Below, piece after piece: positions 29,357 through 38,965 of a stretch of DNA of 64,000 bases. The notes below the pieces were generated by a model that was not told where the DNA came from, ran no database searches, and saw only the letters and a program-made list of their open reading frames with translations. Source of the DNA: Nitrospirota bacterium (GTDB taxonomy: Bacteria; Nitrospirota; UBA9217); NCBI GenBank assembly GCA_963737155.1, contig CAVTRN010000002.1, positions 1,760,001 to 1,824,000 on the forward strand, written 5' to 3'. The stretch's first letter is position 1. Each line of letters begins with the position of its first letter. The position numbers were made by a program, and so were the translations under genes.

Positions 29357-29516
29357 TTTGGGACTACTCATAGGAGAATATTGCCAAGCGGTTAACCTGG
29401 CGCGGTCACGCGGGCAAAACAGAATAAAATAAATCAGTTAAACCTTGTTTGGCGTGTCCTGGCTTCATCGGGCCCCCCTGGTTTCATGATTTTGCGTTTA
29501 CCCAAGTAGTGCCAGA
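29357..29516 (+). ncRNA. Candidate structured leader or small RNA upstream of lysS
   Basis: 5' and 3' ends pair (TTTGG-G-ACTACT / AGTAGT-G-CCAGA); internal helix 29372-29396 with 29437-29460; begins at the predicted start site. Confidence 0.45.
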
Positions 29517-29551
29517 CCTCTACTTTGTCTTGTCGTTTGAAAGGGAACTTC

Positions 29552-31033
29552 ATGGACGATTACAACGAATTGATCCAGCAACGGTTTAAAAAACTGGCTG
29601 AGATTAACGCGAGCGGCGTAAAGACCTATGCCGGCAAATTCACGGTTAACGCTGCTGCACAGGACTTGCAGGACAAATACGGCCAAACCAGCAAAGAAGA
29701 CCTTGAAAAGGAACGAATTGAAGTGACGGTTGCGGGACGGCTTGTTGCCATGCGCAGTTTCGGCAAAGCATGCTTCAGCCACATTCAGGATGGCTCCGGC
29801 AGGCTCCAGCTCTATTTCCAGAAGAATACGTTGGGTGATGACCGATACGGATTGTTTAAGAAGCTTGACATTGGCGATTTTATCGGAGTGAGGGGCTTTC
29901 TTTTCCGTACCAAAACCAATGAACTTACGGTCGAGGTTGAAGAGTTCTCACTCCTTTCCAAATCGCTGCGCCCCTTACCGGAAAAGTGGCATGGCCTCAC
30001 CGACGTTGAACTCCGCTACCGTCAGCGGTATGTGGATCTTATCGTCAACCCGGATGTGAAAAAGGTCTTCATCCTGCGCACAAGGATCATCCAGGCGATC
30101 CGCTTGTTCCTAAACTCCCGGGGATATCTCGAAGTGGAGACGCCAATGATGCAGCCTATACCTGGAGGCGCTACGGCCCGGCCGTTCAAGACGTTTCATA
30201 ATGCGCTCGGGATGGATCTTTTCCTGCGTATCGCGCCGGAATTATATCTCAAACGATTGCTGGTCGGCGGCTTCGAGCGCGTCTATGAAATCAACCGAAA
30301 CTTCAGGAACGAGGGGATATCGACGAAGCACAATCCGGAATTCACTATGCTCGAGTTCTACACGGCCTATGCCGATTACCGGGAGCTTATCGATATGACG
30401 GAAACGATGATCAGCACCGTGGCCCAGGACGTGCTCGGGACGACCGAAGTGGAGTATGAGGGCCAAAAGATCAATCTATCGCCGCCGTGGAAGCGGATGA
30501 CCTACCTGGACTCGCTGCGGGAAGCAGGCGTTCCGTCGGAGGTTTTTGAACATGAAAATAAGGCGCGGGAGTACGCGAACAAGCTCGGTGCAGGCCTCAA
30601 AGGCGGAGAGCCCATGGGCAAAGTCCTCAACGAGATATTCGAAGCCATCGTGGAACCGAAGCTTATTCAGCCGACTTTCATCATTGATTATCCCACGGAC
30701 ATATCCCCCCTTTCAAAAAAGTGCGACGACAATCCCGATTATGTCGAGCGGTTCGAACTTTTCGTTCTCGGCAGAGAATTGGCAAATGCTTTCTCGGAGT
30801 TGATCGATCCCCTGGATCAGAAGGAGCGATTCCTGAAACAGGTTTCAGAACGCGAGGCTGGAGACGAGGAAGCCCACCAGATGGACGAGGATTTCATCCG
30901 CGCACTCGAATACGGCATGCCGCCGGCCGCAGGCGAAGGCATCGGCATAGATCGACTCGTCATGCTTCTGACAGGTTCGAATTCCATCAGGGATGTTATC
31001 TTGTTCCCACAGATGAAGAAGGAAAAAATGTAG
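29552..31033 (+). CDS. lysS: Lysine--tRNA ligase (class II)
   Basis: OB anticodon domain, RYRQRYVDL, LRIAPELYLKRL, NFRNEG..HNPEFT, YGMPPAAGEGIGIDR. Confidence 0.97.
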   Translation: MDDYNELIQQRFKKLAEINASGVKTYAGKFTVNAAAQDLQDKYGQTSKEDLEKERIEVTVAGRLVAMRSFGKACFSHIQDGSGRLQLYFQKNTLGDDRYGLFKKLDIGDFIGVRGFLFRTKTNELTVEVEEFSLLSKSLRPLPEKWHGLTDVELRYRQRYVDLIVNPDVKKVFILRTRIIQAIRLFLNSRGYLEVETPMMQPIPGGATARPFKTFHNALGMDLFLRIAPELYLKRLLVGGFERVYEINRNFRNEGISTKHNPEFTMLEFYTAYADYRELIDMTETMISTVAQDVLGTTEVEYEGQKINLSPPWKRMTYLDSLREAGVPSEVFEHENKAREYANKLGAGLKGGEPMGKVLNEIFEAIVEPKLIQPTFIIDYPTDISPLSKKCDDNPDYVERFELFVLGRELANAFSELIDPLDQKERFLKQVSEREAGDEEAHQMDEDFIRALEYGMPPAAGEGIGIDRLVMLLTGSNSIRDVILFPQMKKEKM

Positions 31034-31110
31034 TACTGTCCCGGGTTTCTGGCATCATGTTCCTGTCATTGCTGGATAAAAAGAGGTTTGAGATTCTAAC
31101 TCAATAGGTA

Positions 31111-32346
31111 ATGAAAACTCCCTATGAAATATTCATCAGTCTCCGATATCTGAAGACGAAAAAACGTTACGGCACCATATCTCTCAACACGTTTATTTCA
31201 ATAGCCGGGGTTGTAATTGGCGTCGCTACCTCCATCATCACGCTGGCTGTCATGACGGGCTTTCAGGATTACTTTCGGGATAGGATTCTTTCCGCCCTGC
31301 CCCATATCGTTGTCATGGAATTCAGTGGCAACGGCGTGAAGGATGGCAAAGCACTGGAAGAAAAAATCGACAAGGTTCCGCATGTGACGGCTACGACGCC
31401 ATTTATATATGGTCAATCCATGGTTGCCACCAAAGAACGCATGCAGGGCGTCGTAGTGCGCGGCATCGACCCAGCGACTGAACCCCACGTGACGGACCTC
31501 GCCAAGAATATGACAGAGGGGACGTTGCAAGACCTTGATCAGGCGGGTCAGAAGCTACCAGGTATCATTATCGGTGTGGATCTGGCTCTCAAATTAGGAG
31601 TGTCGGTCGGCGACACCATCACCATGGTAAATCCCTTGGGCGAAGAGACTGCACTCGGGATGGTCCCCAAAATGAAAAAATTCGCAGTCACCGGACTGTT
31701 CGACGCTGGTATGTACGATTACAATACAGGGTTCGTGTACATTTCACTTCCGGATGCGCAGAAATTTTTTGATATGCCAGGACGGGTGAGCGGAGTCCAG
31801 GTGAAGGTTGACCGGATCTATGACGCGGGCCAGATTTCGTCTGCGATTCAGACAGCCGTCGGTTACCCGTTCTACACCCGTAACTGGATGGAAATGAACA
31901 AAAATTTTTTTTCCGCGCTCCTGCTGGAAAAGATCGGAATGTCGCTCATTCTGGTAGTCATCATCACTGTAGCATCGTTTAATATCATCGGCACCCTCAC
32001 CATGATCGTTATGGAAAAAAGCCGGGAGATCGCGATTCTGAAGTCTATGGGCTCGTCTGCAGGGAGCATTGTGAAAATATTCATGTTTGCCGGTCTCGCA
32101 ATCGGCGGCATGGGAACGGCCATCGGAGTCATTATTGGTTCAGGAGCGGTCATGATACTTACGAAAACGGACATCATCTCACTCCCCAAGGATGTATACC
32201 AGGTGAGTCATCTGCCACTGACGTCGTCCGGTCTCGATGTCCTGTTCATCGCCCTGACAGCGCTCGGCATCAGCTTCCTTGCCACACTCTATCCCTCCTG
32301 GCAGGCCGCGCGGCAGGACCCGGTCGAGGTCCTCAGGTACGAATAG
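31111..32346 (+). CDS. lolE: Lipoprotein-releasing ABC permease LolC/E
   Basis: ISIAGVVIGV, AVMTGF, VASFNII, EIAILKSMG, ATLYPSWQAA..DPVEVLRYE. Confidence 0.9.
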   Translation: MKTPYEIFISLRYLKTKKRYGTISLNTFISIAGVVIGVATSIITLAVMTGFQDYFRDRILSALPHIVVMEFSGNGVKDGKALEEKIDKVPHVTATTPFIYGQSMVATKERMQGVVVRGIDPATEPHVTDLAKNMTEGTLQDLDQAGQKLPGIIIGVDLALKLGVSVGDTITMVNPLGEETALGMVPKMKKFAVTGLFDAGMYDYNTGFVYISLPDAQKFFDMPGRVSGVQVKVDRIYDAGQISSAIQTAVGYPFYTRNWMEMNKNFFSALLLEKIGMSLILVVIITVASFNIIGTLTMIVMEKSREIAILKSMGSSAGSIVKIFMFAGLAIGGMGTAIGVIIGSGAVMILTKTDIISLPKDVYQVSHLPLTSSGLDVLFIALTALGISFLATLYPSWQAARQDPVEVLRYE

Positions 32347-32399
32347 CGCTATTGTCGTTTTATTATCTTGCTTGAATTATTCTGAATGAGGAGGAAACC

Positions 32400-32639
32400 A
32401 TGGCTCAAAAGGGCGGAAAGCTGAAGCGGGTCGTGTTGATACTGATTTTTCTCGCATTGGCAGTCACTGTATTTGTCCTTATGGGAGGCGGCAATTTCTT
32501 GAAAAAAACCGCAAGCTGGCTCAGCGGGGTAGGGACCAAAGCGGAAGATGTAAAACAAACAATAGAACATAAGGCCACGACCATTGAAAAAACTGTTGAA
32601 AAATTAAAGGAAGACGCCAAACCGGGAGAAATAAAATAG
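32400..32639 (+). CDS. Small single-pass membrane or exported protein
   Basis: GAGGAGG SD, basic N-terminus plus hydrophobic helix, amphipathic coiled tail. Confidence 0.7.
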   Translation: MAQKGGKLKRVVLILIFLALAVTVFVLMGGGNFLKKTASWLSGVGTKAEDVKQTIEHKATTIEKTVEKLKEDAKPGEIK

Positions 32640-33316
32640 CACAGGATCTTATTCACGTTAGAGAGCTGCGGAAAACGTTCATGAGCGGTCCGGTACAGTT
32701 AACCGTGCTGGAAGGCATTGACCTTGACATCGAACAGGGGGAAATGCTCGCCATTGTAGGCGCATCAGGTGTCGGCAAAAGCACCTTTCTGCATATACTG
32801 GGTGCCCTTGACCGCCCCACTTCCGGCAAGATTCTTTATGGAAACAGCGATATTTTCTCGCTGGATACGAACAAACTTGCCCGTTTCAGGAATGACCATG
32901 TAGGATTTGTGTTTCAGTTTCACCATCTTCTCCCCGAGTTTTCTGCGCTTGAAAACGTTCTGATGCCTGCGCTCATCCGGAGAATGGAACGGGACAAAGC
33001 CCTGGAATTGGCAACAGGCATGCTGAATGATGTCGGTCTCGGAGAAAGAATTCACCACAGGCCCGGTGAGCTTTCCGGCGGAGAGCAGCAGCGTGTTGCC
33101 GTGGCGCGGGCGCTTATGCTTGGCCCCGATGTGGTGCTTGCCGACGAACCGACAGGCAACCTTGACAGTCACACCGGGGAGGCGGTTCATGATCTTCTTC
33201 TCTCCATCAACAAACAGAAAAAAATTACCTTCGTTATTGTAACCCATAATGATAAACTCGCGGTCAGGGCTGACAGGGTGCTCAGAATGACCGAGGGAAA
33301 ACTGATCCCCGCATAA
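32636..33316 (+). CDS. lolD: Lipoprotein-releasing ABC ATPase LolD (start probably ATA at 32636; first ATG at 32681)
   Basis: [37 protein letters not shown]; in-frame upstream [12 protein letters not shown] is the usual ABC first strand. Confidence 0.9.
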   Translation: MAQDLIHVRELRKTFMSGPVQLTVLEGIDLDIEQGEMLAIVGASGVGKSTFLHILGALDRPTSGKILYGNSDIFSLDTNKLARFRNDHVGFVFQFHHLLPEFSALENVLMPALIRRMERDKALELATGMLNDVGLGERIHHRPGELSGGEQQRVAVARALMLGPDVVLADEPTGNLDSHTGEAVHDLLLSINKQKKITFVIVTHNDKLAVRADRVLRMTEGKLIPA

Positions 33317-33493
33317 TTGCACGGGGACAATACTGCCGCACTGCCGATCCGGTTCGGGCTCACGGAGGTGTTTTGCGGCTTTAGTGTTTGGCCTCATCGC
33401 AGCCGGCCAGAACTCTTTTCCCTTGACTTTATAAGAGGTTAAAAAGTAATATCCACCATTTACCAGGGCAAATCACTTACGAGGAATGATCGC

Positions 33494-34306
33494 ATGAATC
33501 TTCTATTTTTTCAAGCAGCAACGATCGCGTATGTGCTAGCGGCAGCGGGATACATTGTTTTCATAATCAGGCCGAGCCATAAATGGACCGGGGAAGCTGC
33601 TCTCTGGGCAACGCTTGCCGGATTTCTCTGCCATATAGGCTATTTTGTCTTTCGCTGGTCCGAGTCAGGAAGGATCCCCATAACCGGCTTCTTTGAGGCG
33701 ATCAACTTTCTCGGGATGGGGATGATTTTTGTGTTTCTGGTCATGGAATTCCGGTATAAAATAGCCGCGCTTGGTTCATTCATGCTTCCGCTCGTTGTCA
33801 TTCTCATGATTCCCGTATTTCTTCTGTCCGGCGACATCAAGTCAATGAACCCAATCCTTAAAAGCGGTTGGCTCGGGATCCATACGAGTTTTGCCGTCCT
33901 CGGAGACGCCGCCTTCGCGTTCGCCTGCATTATCTCGGTCATGTATCTTATTCAGGAACGCCAGCTTAAAGCCAAGCACCTCGGTGCTATTTTCCACCGG
34001 CTGCCTTCGCTTGATATCATGGATACTCTCAGCTACAAGGCCCTTACACTAGGCTGGCCACTGTTTACCATAGGCATGATCACTGGTTCCATCTGGGCCA
34101 ACAGCGCTTGGGGAACCTACTGGAACTGGGATCCGAAGGAGACCTGGTCGTTGATTACCTGGGTGCTCTATCTGGTGCTCCTCCATCTTCGCACGATTGG
34201 ATGGAGGGGCAGAAAAATGGCTGTCCTCTCCATTGTCGGATTTATTTTTGTTCTGGTCAGCTTCTTTGTGGTGAGCCGCATCAATATAGGGAAACATACA
34301 TTTTAA
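33494..34306 (+). CDS. ccsA: Cytochrome c biogenesis CcsA/CcsB (HemX-like) membrane protein
   Basis: WLGIH, WWD motif WGTYWNWDPKETW, C-terminal His; located before hemA. Confidence 0.85.
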   Translation: MNLLFFQAATIAYVLAAAGYIVFIIRPSHKWTGEAALWATLAGFLCHIGYFVFRWSESGRIPITGFFEAINFLGMGMIFVFLVMEFRYKIAALGSFMLPLVVILMIPVFLLSGDIKSMNPILKSGWLGIHTSFAVLGDAAFAFACIISVMYLIQERQLKAKHLGAIFHRLPSLDIMDTLSYKALTLGWPLFTIGMITGSIWANSAWGTYWNWDPKETWSLITWVLYLVLLHLRTIGWRGRKMAVLSIVGFIFVLVSFFVVSRINIGKHTF

Positions 34307-34318
34307 GGTGATGCATAC

Positions 34319-35677
34319 ATGGGAATTATTGTAGTCGGCCTTAGTCATAAGTCCGCACCCATCGAGGTCCGGGAAAAGCTCAACTTTCCGGAGAGCACGC
34401 TTCCCCATGCGCTCAGAAAGTTGATGACCTATGAAGGCATACGTGAATGCCTCATTGTCTCAACGTGCAACCGCGTGGAGATTTACGCTTCGGTGAGCGA
34501 AAGCGCAAGAGGGATCGACGGGATCAAACGGTTTATATCGGATTACCACAACCTTTCCCGTGACATTCTGGAGCAATCGCTCTATGTATATCCCGATGCT
34601 CAGGGTGTACGCCACACATTCCGCGTTGCCTCAAGCCTCGACTCCATGGTGCTTGGGGAGGCGCAGATATTGGGACAGCTCAAGGATGCATTCGATATCG
34701 CGCTAAAAACCAAGACCACGAGCACGATACTCAATAAACTGATTAAAAAATCGATTTCCGTTGCAAAGAGGGTCCGCACGGAGACAAAACTCGCTGAAGG
34801 AGCAGTTTCCATCAGCTCAGCAGCAGTTGAACTCGCGAAAAAGATATTCGGCTCTCTCGAGGGGAAGCACGTAATGCTTCTCGGTGCCGGCGAGATGGCT
34901 GAGCTCGCGGCCCAGCATCTCCTTGGCAATGGCGTGAAAAATATCATGGTCGCGAACCGCACCTTCGAGCGCGCCGAGGAGCTCGCCAAGGAATTCAACG
35001 GCGACGCCATCCGGTTCGAGCATTTCCCCGATGCTCTTGTCATGGTGGATATTCTTATCTGCGCAACGGGGGCTCCACATTATGTCGTCGGCCGCGACAT
35101 GGTCAGCCGGGCGTTGAAAGAACGACGCAACAAACCGATTTTCATGATCGACATCTCGAATCCGAGAAACATCGACCCCGAGGTCGATAAAGTCGATAAT
35201 GTGTATCTCTATGATATCGACGACTTGCAGAGCAAGGTAGATGTCAATGCCGAAGGGCGGGCCAAGGAGGCAGAAAAAGCGGAGGAACTCGTCACCCTTG
35301 AAGTCGAAACCTATCTCCAGTGGGAGCGCGGCCTTGATGCTGTTCCGACCATCGTGGATCTTCGCGAAAAAGTGGAGGACGTCAGGAAGCGGGAGCTGGA
35401 CAAAACCCTCGCTTCGATGAGCGACCTCAGTGAAGATCAGAAGCGGGCAATGGACATCATGTCTCAATCGATTGTGAACAAGCTTCTGCACGCGCCGCTG
35501 GTGGTACTGAAACAGGCCGCCGCTGCGGCGGTTGAGAGCGATAACACCATCGCAGTCGCACGCCGTTTATTCAACCTGGACCGGGAGCTGACGCGACGTG
35601 CGCATGAGAATATAATCATTCAGCAATCTAAGGAAGAGACCTCACCGGGCAAGGAAAAGAAAAGCACGTGCCGTTAA
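34319..35677 (+). CDS. hemA: Glutamyl-tRNA reductase
   Basis: STCNRVE, SLDSMVLGEAQILGQ, GAGEM, DISNPRNID. Confidence 0.97.
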   Translation: MGIIVVGLSHKSAPIEVREKLNFPESTLPHALRKLMTYEGIRECLIVSTCNRVEIYASVSESARGIDGIKRFISDYHNLSRDILEQSLYVYPDAQGVRHTFRVASSLDSMVLGEAQILGQLKDAFDIALKTKTTSTILNKLIKKSISVAKRVRTETKLAEGAVSISSAAVELAKKIFGSLEGKHVMLLGAGEMAELAAQHLLGNGVKNIMVANRTFERAEELAKEFNGDAIRFEHFPDALVMVDILICATGAPHYVVGRDMVSRALKERRNKPIFMIDISNPRNIDPEVDKVDNVYLYDIDDLQSKVDVNAEGRAKEAEKAEELVTLEVETYLQWERGLDAVPTIVDLREKVEDVRKRELDKTLASMSDLSEDQKRAMDIMSQSIVNKLLHAPLVVLKQAAAAAVESDNTIAVARRLFNLDRELTRRAHENIIIQQSKEETSPGKEKKSTCR

Positions 35678-35789
35678 CTTGTCCGGTTTGTTAGGCAACT
35701 ATCATCATATCGATGGATCAGATAAAAGCCGTTCGACGTTCTCATAACGTTCGTCAGCGGGGAAAAACATTAATCCAGGGAGATCTTCA

Positions 35790-36752
35790 TTGCGTAAACA
35801 AATCAGGCTTGGAACACGGGGAAGTGCGCTGGCTTTGTGGCAGGCGGAATGGGTCAAATCGGAACTCGAGAAAAAATACCCCGGCATGACCGTACCGCTC
35901 ACCAAAATTAAGACCACGGGTGATAAAATTCTTGATGTCCCGCTTGCGCAGGTGGGCGGTAAGGGCCTCTTCGTGAAGGAGATCGAAGAGGCCATGCTGA
36001 GCAACGAAATCGACATCGCTGTTCACAGCATGAAGGATGTGCCCACTTTTTTTCCGGACGGCCTTCACCTGTCTTGCATCACCGAGCGTGAAGATGCAAG
36101 GGATGCCCTGCTGTCGCGGAACAAGGTGAAGTTCAAAGACCTGCCCAAGGGAGCAAACGTTGGCACCAGCAGTCTCAGACGCCAGGCGCAGCTCCTGCAT
36201 GCAAGACCTGATTTTGTGATCCATCAACTGCGCGGGAATGTGGACACACGTCTCAGAAAGCTCAAGGAAGGGCAGTTCGATGCGATTATTCTTGCGGCTG
36301 CCGGGGTCAAGCGTCTTGGACTCTCTGAAAACGTGACGGAATACATCGAGCCGGAGATCAGCCTCCCGGCAATCGGCCAAGGCGCACTAGGGATCGAATG
36401 CCGCGTTGACGACCGCGAACTGAACGATCTCATCGCGTTTTTTAACCATCCCGACACACGGACCTGTGTAACTGGCGAACGCGCGCTGCTGCGCAGGTTA
36501 GAGGGAGGGTGTCAGGTGCCGATCGCGTGTTACGGCCAGATGAAAGAAGGCAAGCTCCATCTTATCGGACTGGTTGGAAGCGTCGATGGAAAGCACATTA
36601 TCAGGGATGCCATCGAAGGCGAGCCGGAGAAGGCTGAGAAATTGGGGGTAACCCTCGCAGAGAAGCTCCTGTCCCAGGGCGCCGATGCGGTCCTGCGGGA
36701 AGTATATGGACACAACACCGATTTCAGCGGCAACAACCTGCTGGAAAACTAA
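35790..36752 (+). CDS. hemC: Hydroxymethylbilane synthase
   Basis: GTRGSALALWQ, GGKGLFVKE, VHSMKD, GTSSLRR, RGNVDTRL, GGCQVP; TTG start with GGGAG SD. Confidence 0.97.
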   Translation: MRKQIRLGTRGSALALWQAEWVKSELEKKYPGMTVPLTKIKTTGDKILDVPLAQVGGKGLFVKEIEEAMLSNEIDIAVHSMKDVPTFFPDGLHLSCITEREDARDALLSRNKVKFKDLPKGANVGTSSLRRQAQLLHARPDFVIHQLRGNVDTRLRKLKEGQFDAIILAAAGVKRLGLSENVTEYIEPEISLPAIGQGALGIECRVDDRELNDLIAFFNHPDTRTCVTGERALLRRLEGGCQVPIACYGQMKEGKLHLIGLVGSVDGKHIIRDAIEGEPEKAEKLGVTLAEKLLSQGADAVLREVYGHNTDFSGNNLLEN

Positions 36753-36883
36753 TTATATTATAAAGACCTAATATTCGAGCCGCCCAGGCACAAGAACCAC
36801 GAAATTTATTTGAGCAAGATTGTTTTGTAGTACATCGCGTACTTGGTGTCTTCGCGGTAATTTATATTTAGTCTGAATTATCT

Positions 36884-38416
36884 ATGACAACATCAAAAGG
36901 AAAAGTATATCTCATCGGAGCGGGACCGGGTGACCCCGGACTCATCACGGTAAAAGGGCTTGAATGCGTAAAAAAGGCCGATGTGGTCATTTATGATTAT
37001 CTTGCCAATGAACGTCTTCTTGATCACCGACGTCCTGAATCAGAATTGATTTATGTAGGCAAACAGGGCGGCAGGCATACGCTCCCGCAGGAGGAGATCA
37101 ACGCCCTGATCGTACGGAAAGCGCGGGAGGGGAAAATTGTCGCACGCCTGAAGGGCGGCGATCCCTTTATTTTTGGCCGGGGCGGAGAAGAAGCCGAAGA
37201 ACTGGCGGACGATGGCATCCCTTTTGAAATCGTTCCTGGAGTTACCGCGGCCACGGCGGTCCCCACCTATGCTGGCATACCGCTCACTCATCGCGAGCAT
37301 ACGGCAAGCGTGGCTTTTATTACGGGACACGAAGACCCCACAAAAGAAGAATCGAAGGTCCATTGGGACCGTATCGCGACGGGTATCGGAACACTGGTGT
37401 TCTTTATGGGAATGAAAAACCTCCAGAGCATTGTCGATAACCTGACCAGGCACGGCAGGAATCATGAAACTCCAATCGCCCTCATTCAATGGGGAACTCG
37501 CACCGATCAACGCGTTGTAACAGGCACGCTCCAGAACATCGTTGCAAAGGTTAAAGAGGCGAAACTCGGCCCGCCGGCCATTATTGTTGTCGGAGAGGTG
37601 GTCCGGCTCAGGGAGAAGTTGAACTGGTACGAATCGAAGCCGCTCTTCGGCAAACGCATCGTGGTTACGCGTTCTCGCGGCCAGGCAAGCGTCTTCGCTG
37701 AGATGCTGATCGACCGAGGAGCTACAACCATAGAACTCCCCACCATAGACGTCGTGCCGCCGACCAGCTGGGATGATCTCGATAAAGCCATTCACGATAT
37801 AGAATCCTATGATTGGGTTATCTTTACGAGCGCCAACGCCGTCAGGTTTTTCATGGAGCGTCTCCGCGAACTCGGATTAGATATCCGCATGCTCAAAGGC
37901 ATAGGCATCTGCACCGTGGGCCCGAAAACAGCCGAATCCCTTGGGACTTTCGGGATAAGGGCCGACCTCATTCCTGCGGAATTCAAAGCGGAAGGCGTGC
38001 TTGCGGCCCTCGGAATCGAAAAGGTGAAAGGGAATAAATTCCTGATCCCTCGGGCAAAGGTCGCGCGCGAAATTATTCCAGACAAACTGAAGGAAATGGG
38101 AGCGAAAGTTACTGTGGCAACGGCCTATGAGAATGTAATACCCACGGCCGATATGGTGCGTGCTATACAGCTTTTCAAGGATAAAAAAATATCCGCAGTA
38201 ACCTTTACGAGTTCGTCCACAGTTCATAATTTTGTTGAAATGATCGGCCGAAAAGGTTATAAAGACCTAATAAATGGCGTTTCCATCGCTTGCATCGGTC
38301 CGGTTACCGCAAAGACCGCTGAGGAATACGGGATGAAGATAGATGTCATGCCAAAAGACTATACCATACCTGCCTTCGTTGATGCGCTAGTTGATTACTA
38401 TTATAATAAAAAATAA
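36884..38416 (+). CDS. cobA: Fused uroporphyrinogen-III C-methyltransferase / uroporphyrinogen-III synthase (CobA-HemD)
   Basis: GAGPGDPGL, RLKGGDPFIFGRGGEE, then KPLFGKRIVVTR, FTSAN, FTSSSTV, CIGPVT. Confidence 0.95.
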   Translation: MTTSKGKVYLIGAGPGDPGLITVKGLECVKKADVVIYDYLANERLLDHRRPESELIYVGKQGGRHTLPQEEINALIVRKAREGKIVARLKGGDPFIFGRGGEEAEELADDGIPFEIVPGVTAATAVPTYAGIPLTHREHTASVAFITGHEDPTKEESKVHWDRIATGIGTLVFFMGMKNLQSIVDNLTRHGRNHETPIALIQWGTRTDQRVVTGTLQNIVAKVKEAKLGPPAIIVVGEVVRLREKLNWYESKPLFGKRIVVTRSRGQASVFAEMLIDRGATTIELPTIDVVPPTSWDDLDKAIHDIESYDWVIFTSANAVRFFMERLRELGLDIRMLKGIGICTVGPKTAESLGTFGIRADLIPAEFKAEGVLAALGIEKVKGNKFLIPRAKVAREIIPDKLKEMGAKVTVATAYENVIPTADMVRAIQLFKDKKISAVTFTSSSTVHNFVEMIGRKGYKDLINGVSIACIGPVTAKTAEEYGMKIDVMPKDYTIPAFVDALVDYYYNKK

Positions 38417-38491
38417 AACCAGGGCGAAGAGGGAGGAAGGCGCAGCGCATCAATTCCGCCTGTTCGCAGGTAATATGCAAAAGGAGAACCT

Positions 38492-38878
38492 ATGATTACA
38501 ATTTCAGACAGCGCAGCAGACAAAATCAAGGAAGTCCTCAAGGCAGAAGGGTTGCCAAACCATGGACTGCGCGTTACCTCGGGCGACGGAGGGTGCTGCG
38601 GACCTTCCTATGAAATCATGATCGATGACAAAGCGGGAGACGGCGATATGGTAGTCGAGAAAAGCGGCGCAAAACTGTACGTTGATGCATCGACAGCAAA
38701 GGTGCTCGACGGCGCCGAACTCGGCTTTATCAGCGACGAGCGCGGAGAAGGTTTTGTCCTCGGCTTCCCGAACGGCGCTCCGGCGGGCGGAAGCTGCGGG
38801 TGTGGCAGCGGGGAAGAACCTGGCCATAGCCACGGCCATGGCGGCGGCTGTGGGTCCGGCGGCTGCGGTTGCAGCTGA
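38492..38878 (+). CDS. HesB/IscA-family Fe-S carrier with Cys/His-rich tail
   Basis: MITISDSAA, GGCCGPSY, KLYVD..LDGAEL, SCGCG; AAGGAG SD. Confidence 0.85.
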   Translation: MITISDSAADKIKEVLKAEGLPNHGLRVTSGDGGCCGPSYEIMIDDKAGDGDMVVEKSGAKLYVDASTAKVLDGAELGFISDERGEGFVLGFPNGAPAGGSCGCGSGEEPGHSHGHGGGCGSGGCGCS

Positions 38879-38894
38879 ATCACTAAATCGCAGG

Positions 38895-38941
38895 GGGGGG
38901 CAATGAGTTGGAGGTAAGAACTTAATCCTCTGCCCCCCTTT
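38895..38941 (+). other. Intergenic hairpin between hesB-like gene and hemB (possible attenuator or mRNA stabiliser)
   Basis: GGGGGGCA/TGCCCCCC outer stem with inner GAGG-TAAG/CTTA-CCTC stem. Confidence 0.4.
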
Positions 38942-38965
38942 CGCAGAATATACTCAGGAGATCTC

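Noticed and set aside
29404-29422. GGTCACGCGGGCAAAAC resembling a c-di-GMP-I riboswitch start
   Set aside because: GNRA-capped P2 and GCAAA/P3 elements are missing
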